Shown piece by piece: positions 34,607 to 46,608 of a stretch of DNA of 64,000 bases. Position 1 is the stretch's first letter, and the number at the start of each line of letters is the position of its first letter. The DNA is taken from NCBI GenBank assembly GCA_000004985.1, contig GG738847.1; one strand, given 5' to 3'. Below the pieces are notes generated by a model. That model was not told the DNA's origin. It saw only the letters and a list, made by a program, of their open reading frames with translations, and did not search any database. The translations under genes were made by a program, and so were the position numbers. The DNA is from Naegleria gruberi (taxonomy: Eukaryota).

Positions 34607-36873
34607 TTGCGGATCGCTTGCTCTCTTCATTATCAAATCTTCATATTGAAGAGAAATGAATTAATTTTAAATAACAGCCTAAAAAAAAGCATCTCTAACC
34701 TGATGAGTAACAAGCAACAGTCGTTTTCTACAACGACTATGAATTCACCTATGGTTATTGGCTCGTCTACGACTGGTAGTGGTGGTAGTGGTCCTATAAC
34801 CATGATGATGATGAATAGTAATAGTAGTACTAGTGGTGGTGGAGGTAATAATTCATTGGTGAGTAGTTTGGTTGAACGTTCTACTACACCCTCTAATATG
34901 GGATCTAAGAAGAAGAATAAGCACCAGCTAATGCTTGATTCTTTAAATCGTTCTCCAATACACTTTTCTTCTAATACATCTACGAGAATAATAATAATAA
35001 CAATAATAATAATACTACTACTTCCTATTATAACATACAACAAATTTCACCCAAACTACAAGCCACTTATCATCAACAACAACAACAACAAATACTCACT
35101 CCTATAAAGACTCAAACACAAACACGTATTCAACAATACTTTAACAAGAATAACCAGAGAAGTAATAGTGCTGGACTCATTCAACTCCGACCTCAAAGTA
35201 GTAATTCGAATAATGATGAAAATTCTTCACCAATACAAAGCAAACAACAATCAAAGCCTACTAAACAAGCATTGACTACAACTATTGTCAATACCTTGGA
35301 TGGTTTACTTGTAAATAATAACAAGGAGAATGTATCTCCAACAACCCTAGGCACTACTAAATCTTTATCAGATTTAAAAATCTCAAAATCAACAACACAA
35401 CAAGAATCTAATACTCCTTCAATTACTACTCAAGAAGTACCAAGTATTCTCACTCCAACAACAATTGAATCACTCATTCTAAGATTTATTTCTAATGAGA
35501 CTCCTGTTATTAATAAGAAGATAACTAATGCATTGAGCAGCAGTGAAGAAAATTTGATCAAGTTTTTCAAATTGGTAACAGATCCACTTTCTTTGGGTGT
35601 TCACAAGAAGGAAACTCATGCCTTTGGTGAAAGATTTATTCAAGTTATATTTGCTGCAACAGGCACATTTGAAGAGTTAATTTCTAATAATTTAACTCTA
35701 ATTTTGAAAGAATTGTGCCATACATTTATTTCTGGTAGATTATATCATGAACAATTGATTGTAAAATTGATCAAACAATTGTATGATGTTTATAGAACAA
35801 GGGTACATACTGCCATTCGCATGAATAATTTAATGCCATACTTTGCACACATTACCTTTTTAACAAATTTCCTTGTTAAAGAAGTGATTCCTCTCAACAA
35901 TAGCAAATTGTATGAAGAAAAACTCAAATTCCTCGAATACTTTTGTAACAATTCCACCTACTGGAAGTTGTCTGATACAACAGTGTTTGTTGATTTATGG
36001 GAACAATCAATTATTCTAATGCAAGAAAGTAGTTATACTACCATGTTCCAAAAGATACAAGAACTCTTATTTTCTAAAGTTATTGACCAATGGTTTGATA
36101 CTGTTAGAAAGAGAGATTCATACGAGCAAGGTGTTGAATACTTGCAACTTTTAAATAACCTAGTGCGAGATACAAGTAATTCTTCTTTAGAAGTGATTAC
36201 AAACTTTCATTTTAAACTTTTGAAGAATCTTCTTGACAAACGATTCCCAATCATGGTTCAAATCCTTCTTGAGGATTTTAACAATAGATCCCATCAGTAT
36301 GGTGTTAAGCTGTCTGCATACAATATTAGAAATAGATTTACAGCTCTAAGATTAGAATTAGTTCATTTGCTTACATTTGTTGTACACTTTTCATATTTGG
36401 ATTGTATTGAAAAATCTGTTTTCCAAATGTATCCTCTAGAATCTAGTCAAATGATTGCAATTTTAACAGAGTATTTCTTTACTTACAATCACTGTAACGT
36501 TTATCATAACATTTATTGCATTCTATTCATGGAAGTTATTTTCAGAAATGAGGGCAATATAATCAAGTACTTTTTGGAAAAGTTCTTCTTTAGATCCGTC
36601 CAACTATATGAGAATAGATTAAAGGTTGATCAATGGGGCCATACTCTCCAATTGTTAAACATGATTAGATTAAGTTCAAAGTGTTCAGATAAGGAAGCAG
36701 AAATTAACAAATTCCTCTCCAAGCAAACAGAATGGAAACAATTCGAAGAAATTATCACTCAACAAACTCTATCTATGGAAGGTTTCTCTGATATTAGTCA
36801 CATTAATATTGGTTCTCCATTTGCTGAAAGATTTGGTTTTACAGAGTTTGATTTGTGTAAGTCTTCTGAATAA
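34607..36873 (+). CDS. Hypothetical protein: a Ser/Gly/Asn-rich N-terminal region followed by a conserved ~530-aa helical domain. ORF 34607..35107 and the frame of ORF 35272..36873 (open from 34975) are offset by −1 inside an (AAT/ATA)n tract.
   Basis: Downstream of ~34980 the upstream frame reads poly-Ile (TRIIIITIIIILLLP…), which is implausible. The downstream frame reads poly-Asn/Gln (YENNNNNNNNNTTTSYYNIQQISPKLQATYHQQQQQQ…), which is typical here. That frame is open continuously into the 533-aa ORF. Confidence 0.45.
34987..35015. repeat. (AAT)n/(ATA)n trinucleotide tract at the site of the frame change
   Basis: aataataataataacaataataataat. Confidence 0.8.
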
Positions 36874-37122
36874 ACAAATAAGATGTTTGAGTAATTTCAA
36901 TTATTATCCTCAATGTTAGAATATAATGAAATTGATTCGTCCTCCAAATTTCTATTCATAGGAAGAAAAGTGCTAAAAAAGAGATTTCAGTAGTTATTAA
37001 CTTCAGTTCTCTCTGTAAATTATACAACCTCATTATCTCTAACAGTAGTTTATTTTGATACCCATCATTACTGCTCATTAATATTCTGTCAACAACTCTA
37101 TTAAAAAAACAAAACAACAACA

Positions 37123-38129
37123 ATGCTTTCATTCACTAAGAGTAGATTAGTTGTTCAGCCAATCATATTACTCGCCTTTATTCTTACCATTTCCGTATCT
37201 CACTTTATTGTTGGTCAATCAACATTTACCAACAATTTTAAACAAGCAATCAATGCAGCCACCAACGAGTACAGTCAATCAAAGGAATGGAATTCATTCC
37301 AGGCAAGTCTTGGTTATATTTTTCAAACACCTACTTGTACCATCAGTGTCAAAGATGCTGTCTACCCTCAAATATTTAATTGGACTTTAAATGAGCTGGT
37401 TCTATGTTATGAAATGGAAGCAGTTGATCCATTCCCACGAATGCATGAATATGCTGGTCAATTACTTGTCAAGACTTTGAAAAATCATTACAATATTACA
37501 AATTTGAATGCAAAATTCTTAATTATCAATACTACTGAATTGGGATACTTTCCAACAATGAAAAATGCAGTAGATAGCGCAACTTGCCATGTTGCTATCG
37601 CCTCCACAAATTACGAGGAGAGCAGAAGTAATCAAGTTGAATTTCAATGTAAGTTTGATCTTTTGACTTTCTAACAAATCTATACGAAGGTCCATACGGA
37701 GCTAGTTTTACAGGAATATTGAGATCTGAAAGAAGTAATGGTTCACTAGTCATAAACACACCCTCTGACCTCAATAAGGAGGGTGTACTTATTGCAGCTC
37801 CATACATGACCATCGGTTATGAATATTCGAAAGTTAATTTTCCAAAAGCCACCATTTTATCTAACTTTGGATATCAAACAGCTTATCAAATGGTTATCAA
37901 TAAGGAAGTGCATGCTCTGATTGGTGATTATATTGAAATTAGTCAGTGGCTCCTAAGAACAAAGGCAAATTGTACTTCATGTTATGTTAAAATTTCAGAT
38001 TCTTCAAGAAGTTTCGGTTCTTTTATTTCAAAAGGTCTATTAACATCATCATCAAATAATGAAGTAGACTTGGTCACTCTCTTTAAATGTATCACACTTT
38101 TGTTAATTACCATATTTATAACATTATAA
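37123..38129 (+). CDS. Secreted, probably GPI- or TM-anchored protein with a periplasmic-binding-protein type-2-like fold (solute-binding / iGluR ligand-binding-like), 2 exons: join(37123..37648,37690..38129)
   Basis: Signal peptide MLSFTKSRLVVQPIILLAFILTISVS. A GTAAGT…CGAAG intron (37649..37689, 41 nt) joins …VEFQ-C-PYGASFTGILRSERSNGSLVINTPSDL…LIGDYIEISQWLL…. The hydrophobic C-terminus reads LFKCITLLLITIFITL. Confidence 0.5.
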
Positions 38130-38204
38130 ATATGGAAACCAATTATTCGAAAGCGAATTAAAAAGAAATTAATATTTAAAATATATATCACATAATCTCT
38201 TAAA

Positions 38205-38400
38205 AATATATAGAACTTGGTACGTTTCGATCGTACGACCAGGAGGCTATTCTTGGTCTTTAGCTTAAAGTTTGATCTCAATCTCCTTCTCCTGACATTT
38301 ACCATTTGACCGCAGGAGTGAGGAACCATTCTACCACCAAACAACTTGGGACCGTTGGGATCCTTGCTCTCCCCACTGAGCTACAAGTTCTCCTGATAGA
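38205..38400 (-). ncRNA. tRNA-like or unknown structured RNA candidate. It has a class-I tRNA 5' half (acceptor strand, D-arm GCTC-AGTGGGGA-GAGC) and a matching 3' acceptor strand, separated by ~110 nt of insert. It could be an aberrant tRNA gene or pseudogene, a tRNA-derived element, or another small RNA.
   Basis: The minus strand reads GAACTTG-TA-GCTCAGTGGGGAGAGC-A-AGGATCCCAACGGTCCC…GGTCGTACGATCGAAACGTAC-CAAGTTC. The terminal 7-nt strands pair perfectly (GAACTTG/CAAGTTC). An anticodon-arm-like AGGAT/CCCAACG/GTCCC would give CAA, but position 33 is C. There is a GTACG…CGTAC 5-bp stem next to the 3' strand. The + strand carries an oligo-T run nearby. No canonical cloverleaf can be drawn. Confidence 0.25.
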
Positions 38401-38533
38401 CACATAAGTTTCGAATAGAAAGTTTAGTATTACAATTCTCCACACTATATTTTGGTTTTAAAAATATTACAATAACTTTCCCAATTTGAAAAAACACGTA
38501 TTTTTCAAGACAACGAAACTGATTACAAAAAAA

Positions 38534-39028
38534 ATGTTAGAAACCAAAAGACTCAAACTTGTATTTCCCTCAATTTTCATTCTCTCCCAAGTTTTATTGT
38601 TAATTTTCATTATTGGATTTTCAAATGTTGTAACATGCAATGAAATTAAAAAGGAAACAACTGGAAAATGTTATTATGAGATATTGGGTTTAACTAAGGA
38701 AGCTTCAAAACAAGAGATTAAAAAACAATATAGAAGGTTAGTTGTGTTGATATTTAAAAAATTCGAATAGAAATTGTGAATTTCGAATAAAAGATTGTCG
38801 AGATGGTACACAGTTCCTTATATGGATAGATTTGTGCCAGCAAATGAGAGAGAAAAATATGCCCAAGAATATTTACCAATCATGAAAGCTTTTACAATTC
38901 TTTCAAATGACGAAAAGAGAAGAAAATACGATCATGATGGAATAATTGAAAATGATTACATTCCACAAAATGAATTTACTTTCGAATTCTTATTCAATAA
39001 TTTCCACTTTGATAAAAAGGAAGAATAG
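38534..39028 (+). CDS. J-domain (DnaJ-like) protein with an N-terminal signal/TM segment, 2 exons: join(38534..38736,38794..39028). The HPD motif appears degenerate.
   Basis: The J-domain start is CYYEILGLTKEASKQEIKKQYRRL. A GTTAGT…AAAAG intron (57 nt) joins it to SRWYTVPYMDRFVPANEREKYAQEYLPIMKAFTILSNDEKRRKYDHDG. Helices II-IV are recognisable but 'TVP' replaces HPD. The TM reads LKLVFPSIFILSQVLLLIFIIGF. Confidence 0.5.
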
Positions 39029-40060
39029 GAGAAATTTTAGAGTTAATTAAATTGTTTATAAATTATTCAAAGATGGAGTTTTAGAATTCCAAAAATGGAA
39101 CAGCAGTCTGTTCTAGTAATACTTTTTGTTTCTTCGTTTTGGTTTTGGAAAAATGGAAATACTTAGCTAGAGGGTAAGAGATCCAATACTTTATCGACAC
39201 TTAATCCAACTTCACACAAAAAGTCAGTGTCCTCCTCAATTTAGTCCTGCCAATTAAAAAAAAATAGAATTTTCAATGATGAAACAATGCCTGTGTTGAA
39301 TGTGAATCTACAAGTTCTGTTCACTGATATTCTTTTTTACTGATTGAAGGAACAATTCCAAACTTTTCACGTGCATTAAAGAACACTTAATGAAGCAATT
39401 CCCATTGGTGCTTTACAATTTCTGTGACAATCAAAAATTAAAGAATAAGTTGGATTAAATATTAAGGAAGAAATAGAAAACTAAAGGGGTACGTATGGGC
39501 AAAAAAGCGTTTTATTGTAATTAGAAGATTTAATAATAAGGGCCAAAAGGAACATTACAACCCATCAAAACAACTTTCAAAATAATATAATTTCCTATTT
39601 GAAAACTACAATTATTCGAAAGTATATCCTAAACATTAAATTGTAAAGGATTCCATCAAAAACCACCAAGAAACTACAATGCCATCTACAATCATGGAAA
39701 ATCACTTTGAAAGTGTTATTGGAAACTTCTCACTTGTCCTTCTCAGATTAACATTCCATTCGATGAACTAAATTGTTACGATAGCTGATGACATTCGTGT
39801 CATTATAAAAAAAACAAGACGAATCTCTCTGCTCACTACGCACAAGAGATCGTCCATAGTAATACACAAGCAGCAAGAACAAAAACACTTTGGAAAATCA
39901 AATTGTCTACTGCTTCGATTCAAATCAACAATAATAATATTGGAAATTTAAATACAAATCTGTGATATTTTCCTGATTTTTCCAGAGAATTATATTACAA
40001 TCATAATCATAATAATCAACCATTATTTACCTATTGCAACAATAATAACAATAATAACGG

Positions 40061-42114
40061 ATGAGGATAATATCTTCCGAGTCGATGAACAAAAATAATG
40101 CCATGATGTGTAGTGGTGAGTCGTACTCAGCATCGTCACAATTTTTTTCCCTCCAAAACCACTACAATAACCTTTCCAGCCCAAGAACAACAAGATGCTG
40201 TAAAAAAGAGAAGAAGAGCAATGGTGCTGCTACAACAACTACTACTGCTAGTAGAACAGGAGGAAAAGGAGCCTTCTCCTCGGGATCTGCTTCTATTCAT
40301 CATTGGTTATTCATTGCATTGATGATTGGTTTGATGGTACTTTTTAGTGAGGTTAATAGTGTTCAGGCTAATTCATTAGTGAGTAATTATGAAATGATGA
40401 GTGATGCTGTTGGATTGAATGGAGGAGTGATGACTCTTGCTACTTATCAGAGTCAAAATTCTTCATCATCAATTAGAGTGGGAGGATATATTACAAATTA
40501 CAAAGTATTTATTGGACGTAATTGTACTCCAGAAACTAATGAAAGAGATTGTGGTGGATTGGAAGCACTTGTTTGTATTGATAATAAGTGTTCTTTTTGT
40601 ACAAATTCATCTCAATGCTCCGAACAAGTACACAACATTTATTCATGTCACAAAAAGGGAAATGACAATATTTGTGAACATAAGGATTTATTTGAATATG
40701 TTTCTTGGATGGATATTTTGGCAACAATTACTTGTTTTATTGGTGGAGTTCTTTCAGCTGCTTCAGGTACTGGTGGTGGTGGTGTTTTCGTTCCATTACT
40801 TCACGTTGCTGGTCAATTCCCACCTACCCTTGCAATTCCAATTTCAACATTGATGATTTTCGGTGCTGGTATTATCAATATTGCAACTTTGAGTTTCAAG
40901 AGACACCCTCACGCAGATCGTCCACTTATTGATTATGATATTGCTTTAATGATGGAACCTCCAACATTGTTGGGTACAATTATTGGTGTGTTCTTTAACA
41001 TGATGTTCCCTGATTGGCTCATTGTCGTTTTTGTTATTCTTACATTGAGTATTACCTCGTTTGTCATGTTTAAGAATGGTTACAAGAGATTGAAGAGAGA
41101 AAATGAAGAGAGAAAGAAATTGGAGGAATCTACAACTGAAGAAAATCATAATGATAATAATAATCCAACCACTGTCTATGATGGTGTCGATGGAGATGAA
41201 GAAAGTTTGTTAAAGGTTGAACAAACTACCTCCAATATTGTCGTTGCTGAAACCTCTGATGAAATTAAGATTGAACATCAAAATGAAGATCAACAAAGTG
41301 ATGATGGTGTTGGTTATTCAACAAGATCTATCGAGGAACAAAAAGAATTGCAACAAATGTATGAATCTGAAAAGAGAACACCATTTGGAAAGGTTATTGT
41401 CTTGTTTATTTGTTGGATGACTGTCTTTACATTGAGTTTGTTGAAAGGTGGTCACGGTGCTCCATCCATTATTCCTAGTGTTACACAATGTAGTGTTGGT
41501 TATTGGATTTTGACTGCATTGAGTTTCCCATTGCTTGGAGCAATGACTTTGGGCATTGTTTTCTACTTGTTGAAGAAACACGAAAGAAAGGTTCAAATTG
41601 GTTATCAATTCGTTGAAGGAGATGTTCATTGGAATAAGTACAATGTTACTCTCTATCCTATTGCTTGTGTTGGTGCTGGTATTTTGGCTTCCATGTTGGG
41701 TATTGGTGGTGGTATGGTCAAGTCTCCACTTTTACTTATTTTGGGAAGTGATCCAGTTTCTTCTCAAGCCACCACATCTTTCATGATTCTCTTCACATCA
41801 TCTATTTCTACTGTTCAATATTTGATTGCTGGATTATTACCTGTTGATTATGGTTTGTGGTTTTTGGCATGTGGTATTTGTAAGTAATTTTTTTATCAAG
41901 CAAATTCTAAATGATTGTATAAGTGTGTGGTGTATTTGGTCAATTGATTTTGGACTTGTGGTTGGACAAGAGTGGTAGAAGATCTATTATGATTTTCATT
42001 GTTGCAATTGTTACCCTTGCTGCTACATTCTTGATGGGTGGTGCTGGTATTTATGATGTTGTCAAACAAGTTGAAAAGGGTGTTTATATGGGATTCAGAT
42101 CACCATGTCTTTAA
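40061..42114 (+). CDS. TauE/SafE-family (sulfite exporter-like, DUF81) membrane permease with an N-terminal Cys-rich ectodomain, 2 exons: join(40061..41879,41924..42114)
   Basis: Two repeats of the TauE signature: …IGGVLSAASGTGGGGVFVPLL… and …GAGILASMLGIGGGMVKSPLL…. A GTAAGT…TATAAG intron (41880..41923, 44 nt) lies in phase 1 and joins …LACGI-L-CGVFGQLILDLW…. ATG at 40061. Confidence 0.75.
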
Positions 42115-42339
42115 ATTATTGCCTTTTTGATAAGGTCCATTTGTAAATTGTCTAAACTTGCTCCATTGTTGTGGGGTACTAAATACTGAGATATCCTTAC
42201 TTTGCTAAACTAAAGTACATTATTTTATGATAAGAATTTAAAGTATTTCATTGTCTGTAAATCCAACATTGCCAAAGTCGCTGAGGGCTTAACAGCTGAT
42301 GAAGCTTCAGCAAAACCCTTAAGTTTAAATTACCATGAA

Positions 42340-42412
42340 GCCGACATAGCTCAGTTGGGAGAGCGTAAGACTGAAGATCTTAAGGTCCCTGGTTCGATCC
42401 CTGGTGTCGGCA
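42340..42412 (+). tRNA. tRNA-Phe (anticodon GAA)
   Basis: GCCGACATAGCTCAGTTGGGAGAGCGTAAGACTGAAGATCTTAAGGTCCCTGGTTCGATCCCTGGTGTCGGCA is a near-canonical eukaryotic tRNA-Phe with acceptor GCCGACA/TGTCGGC, anticodon loop CTGAAGA and T-loop TTCGATC. Confidence 0.9.
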
Positions 42413-42439
42413 TAATTTTGCATTTTTATTTCCTTCGTT

Positions 42440-43021
42440 TTATCTTGTACAAAATTTAACACCTAATTCTGAGGGATGAGACTGTAAATCATCGAATTTA
42501 AGTGGACATTTGAAAATCCATTCACAATTTTCAATCATCTCATCATGTTTCGATTGAACAAATGTTGGAATGTCCAATTTGAATTGAGAGCCATGTAATT
42601 TCACATGTTGCATTCTTCTCCTCAGTAAATGCTGCCAGTTTTTAACATTTAACGATTTTTCAAACCTTGGATAATAACTAAACACCAAAGGTTTCCAAAT
42701 TAATTGCTGAACTCTTTCAAAACTTTCGTCTACAGTTTCGTAATCTTTTTCAATCACATTCTTTTCCACATTAAAAAATAATAATAACATTCTACTATTA
42801 CACAATGCCAAACTATTCAACAGTCTCACATCCATAAATTGTCCAATGTGAACAATCAACTCGGAGGGCAAATCCAACAATTTCACATTTCCAACAATAC
42901 AAATTTGATCTTTTCCATCACATGATGGGGGTTTGTTATTTTCCACTTGCGAAATATCATCACTAGCCTCCACAACACTGCTTTTTGAGAGATTTTTAAA
43001 AGGGTTCTTAAATAATGGCAT
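42440..43021 (-). CDS. F-box domain protein (193 aa)
   Basis: ATG at 43021. The F-box reads LLDLPSELIVHIGQFMDVRLLNSLALCNSRM. It is followed by an uncharacterised domain. Confidence 0.5.
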   Translation of the reverse strand: MPLFKNPFKNLSKSSVVEASDDISQVENNKPPSCDGKDQICIVGNVKLLDLPSELIVHIGQFMDVRLLNSLALCNSRMLLLFFNVEKNVIEKDYETVDESFERVQQLIWKPLVFSYYPRFEKSLNVKNWQHLLRRRMQHVKLHGSQFKLDIPTFVQSKHDEMIENCEWIFKCPLKFDDLQSHPSELGVKFCTR

Positions 43022-43200
43022 TTTTTTTAAAGATTTTTACAATGAACTTTTTCTAGTCAACCAGAGCAACAAGAGAAAAACTTCACAGTTTACAATCTTC
43101 ATGGTTGAAAGTAAATAGAAGAATCGCACAATTAGAACTATTGAAAAGGTTCCAAAGCCTTGTTTGCATTCAAAGCCTTCACTAAAAACTTTACAAAAAA

Positions 43201-45165
43201 ATGCCTCAACAACAACTCCAGGCATCACGGTTTTCATCCCTTCTTTCAAAATTACCCTCTTTTCGATCGGTGATTCTTCTCTTCTTTTCTCTTCTTTTAA
43301 ATTGTTTTTTATTGTTGTATATTGCTAGATATCATCGGAATGATTATCGGACATCAATTGAAGAATACAATAAATTAATGAATGGTCAAGCCATCACAAC
43401 CACCACAAGTAGTACAACAACAACAATGAGCACGACCTATCTACCAAATGATCAATTTCCCTTCCATATTAAAAAAGCATTAAATACATTGATTGAAAAA
43501 CAAAAAGGCAAATTTACAAGTTTAATTGATTATGGAGTTCCACGTATTGTGACAGCTACATCACATGATTATTTTGATAGACTTGAAAATTTTGTTGGAT
43601 CCATTCATGTAATGTATGAATCGAAAGGAAAGGATTTAAATCCAAGAATTAATTTAAAAACAATACCCAACGATGCAAAGATTAAAAAAGTATCAGATTC
43701 AATGGGTTCAAGTTATTGGTTTGGATGGAATACACTTGTTGAAGAGGAGAGTAGACCAATTCTAGTTTATGATTTGGGACTCACCAAGGAACAACGAGAA
43801 AAGTGTAAATCATGGAAAGGAGTTGAACTTGTGGATTTGGATTTTAATGTATTACCAAAACATTTTACAGAATTGAAAACATTTGCATGGAAACCACTTG
43901 TCATGTATTTGGCATTACAAAAATATCCATCAATAATATTCTTGGATAGTGGTGTTGAATTATGGAATAGATTGGATAAAATTGAAGATATTTTGTTTAC
44001 AAAGGGATATTTCTATGTAGTTCAAGAAGGTTTGAGAACTTTATGGAGATGTTGTGGTGATATTGGAGAATTAACTCATGAAACTACATTTAATCGATTG
44101 GGTTTATCAAGAAAAGAGTTTGGTCCAAAGACAATGTGTAGTGGAGGTATTCAGGGTTATATCAAGGATTCATATGCCTATAAAAATGTACTCGTTCCAA
44201 CATTGGAATGTGCTTGGGAGAAGGAATGTATGGCACCTACAGGAAGTCACATGGGCAACCATCGTCAAGATCAATCAGTTTTTTCATTACTTATTCACAA
44301 ATCAGGTCTAAACTGTGAAACTGATATTAGATTGTGGGGAAATAGAGGAAATTATGTTGATGTTCCAAAAGATGAAATTGTTTTATTCTTGAGAAAGGGA
44401 GCACGTGAAAAGCAATTTGTTGGATTTGCAGAAAAATCAAAGAAATTTGCCATTGTTTTACCATTCAGTGAACAAACCTTTGAAGCACTACTTTCAAATT
44501 TGAATCTTTGGAAGAAGAATTACTATTCGCCATGCACATCTTTATATAGAAGTGAATTTGATAGTGAAAGTGGAATTGATTTAATTTTCTATACCAATAA
44601 GAAATTAGGTGATTCATCCATTAGAGATGTTTCTAGTAGAATTGAACCAATTAGAAAATGTATCAAGAGTTTTGAATTTAAATATATTGATATGCAAGAT
44701 TCTGAAATGGGAAATAGAAATCAACTTTTAAGATTAGTTCAAGATGATTCATTCCATTCCAAGTATCATAGCTTCTTTTACATGACAACATATTCCCGAC
44801 CAATAAGACCAAATTGGATCAATGCAATTAATTCCATTGTCAAAGATTATCAACATTCAAAACCAGATTTTTGGTATATTGGATCGAATAATAGAGCAAA
44901 CTTTGAAATGTTTAATTTTGATGCTAGTGCTATTTATTCAACGGATATTTCATTTAGAACATTTTTGAATGACATTGCTTCAAAACAACAAACTGATCCA
45001 TTCAAAGATTTAATGGAACCAAAGAATTCTGATTTTACTAGGCAAGTGATGAGCAAATTTATTGTTCATGATTTTATTCAAAATTGGTTAAATTTCCCAA
45101 CATTTTCTGAAAAGATTGTCAGAGATTACAATTTGAGAACCTATTTTATTGATACGAGACCATAA
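43201..45165 (+). CDS. Type-II membrane protein (N-terminal signal anchor, Thr-rich stem). It is probably a Golgi nucleotide-sugar glycosyltransferase-like enzyme.
   Basis: ATG at 43201. TM LLFFSLLLNCFLLLYIA. Stem ITTTTSSTTTTMSTT. Globular domain with PSIIFLDSGVELW (a DxD-like motif). 654 aa, intronless. Confidence 0.4.
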   Translation: MPQQQLQASRFSSLLSKLPSFRSVILLFFSLLLNCFLLLYIARYHRNDYRTSIEEYNKLMNGQAITTTTSSTTTTMSTTYLPNDQFPFHIKKALNTLIEKQKGKFTSLIDYGVPRIVTATSHDYFDRLENFVGSIHVMYESKGKDLNPRINLKTIPNDAKIKKVSDSMGSSYWFGWNTLVEEESRPILVYDLGLTKEQREKCKSWKGVELVDLDFNVLPKHFTELKTFAWKPLVMYLALQKYPSIIFLDSGVELWNRLDKIEDILFTKGYFYVVQEGLRTLWRCCGDIGELTHETTFNRLGLSRKEFGPKTMCSGGIQGYIKDSYAYKNVLVPTLECAWEKECMAPTGSHMGNHRQDQSVFSLLIHKSGLNCETDIRLWGNRGNYVDVPKDEIVLFLRKGAREKQFVGFAEKSKKFAIVLPFSEQTFEALLSNLNLWKKNYYSPCTSLYRSEFDSESGIDLIFYTNKKLGDSSIRDVSSRIEPIRKCIKSFEFKYIDMQDSEMGNRNQLLRLVQDDSFHSKYHSFFYMTTYSRPIRPNWINAINSIVKDYQHSKPDFWYIGSNNRANFEMFNFDASAIYSTDISFRTFLNDIASKQQTDPFKDLMEPKNSDFTRQVMSKFIVHDFIQNWLNFPTFSEKIVRDYNLRTYFIDTRP

Positions 45166-45754
45166 AATAAATGTATTTGTGTGAATTAATCGTAGAAAAC
45201 AGATTGAAATGATTTTACCAATGATATTAATGTCATCCTTATTGTTTCATTTCGAATTTCTCATTCAATGAACGACTGCTATATTTGTGCAAGATAAACT
45301 GGTCTGTCTACACAAACACAAATCACAAATTTTTAAATCTGTAATTAATTTTTATTTGTGTTTAGAGCTCTCATTGGTAACATTTTTCAATAATAAAAAG
45401 CTCTCAATATATTCATAATGTTTACAATAGTTCAATAATAATGGCATTCGAATAAAACTAAATGGCCTTTTCCTCTTTTCCACACAATTTCCTGCACCTA
45501 ATTATCCGTTTTAAAGTGGAACAGAAACCAACTGGTCTACAATTTATGTATCCCTTAATTGAATTTATGGACTCTTAACACAAGCTCCTAGAGAGTAGAC
45601 AAGTTATTAAATTGGATAATGATTTGAATGAGATTTCATTCCATTAATTTCATGGTATTTGAATATGGTCAATAATTTCCAATTATCTCACAATCCTCAA
45701 TCAAATTCATTGTTTTTGTGATCCATTCCATATCAAGAAGATACATTCAATAAT

Positions 45755-46510
45755 TTAAACATTGATAAAACTGAGAGTTAATTTGACACCTCCCTGAATA
45801 TAAACAATATTAACTGTAAAATCCAATCTTCCATCTCTTTCAGTCATTACTTCCAATCTAAATTCACCTTCTCCTGCCTTTTCATATTCTTCCTTTCCAG
45901 TTGCATGCATTAAAAGATATTTAATCCAATGCTTATTTTGTATAGTTGAGTAAGGAACTAGTCCTTGATCTGTTCTAAACATTATATAAGTATCTCCACT
46001 CTGTTCAACATATTTCAAATGTACATGTCTAGCATTCAATAATTTGGCAATATGAAATACATGATCCAATATTAATATTGAAGTGTATGGATAGGATGTT
46101 ATTTGACTACTAGTATTTGATCCAGATGTATTCTCTCGTTCGGGAGGTGAATTTTCTTCTTTTTGAATAGTAGTAGTAGTTGTATAGTGTGATTTTCTCA
46201 ATTCTAATCGGAGTGGTTTCTTTCTCTCAAATACTGCATCGGGATCATGAATAATACCAGTATGCAATGTTCTAAATGGTTTCATACTAACACTATTCGG
46301 AAAATGTGCATGATACATTGATAAATTATTATTATGAATATCATCTTGGATCATTTCATCATTACCATGATGATGATTTAAAGTACTACTACTACTTTTA
46401 TCCGATAAATTTAAATGATTAATTATTGTTTTAATTCTATTTAAATGTTTACTATTTAAAAGTGAGTCAACAGTTGTTGTGTTGTTGTTGTTTGATGATG
46501 ATATTACCAT
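45755..46510 (-). CDS. Hypothetical protein with a poly-N/Thr-rich N-terminus and a conserved C-terminal alpha/beta domain
   Basis: 251-aa ORF; no confidently recognised family. Confidence 0.35.
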   Translation of the reverse strand: MVISSSNNNNTTTVDSLLNSKHLNRIKTIINHLNLSDKSSSSTLNHHHGNDEMIQDDIHNNNLSMYHAHFPNSVSMKPFRTLHTGIIHDPDAVFERKKPLRLELRKSHYTTTTTIQKEENSPPERENTSGSNTSSQITSYPYTSILILDHVFHIAKLLNARHVHLKYVEQSGDTYIMFRTDQGLVPYSTIQNKHWIKYLLMHATGKEEYEKAGEGEFRLEVMTERDGRLDFTVNIVYIQGGVKLTLSFINV

Positions 46511-46608
46511 TTTTTATTATTATTTAATTATTAAATTCAATTATTATTACAATCTTTAAAATATTCTTTTAATTATATATTAACATTAAACATCCAAGGA
46601 TATATATA

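Noticed and set aside
38215-38245. A perfect T-arm-like stem-loop (GTACG-TTTCGAT-CGTAC) on the plus strand, which could be read as a plus-strand tRNA
   Set aside because: There is no D-arm, anticodon arm or acceptor 5' strand upstream on the plus strand. It is better explained as part of the minus-strand tRNA-like element reported above.
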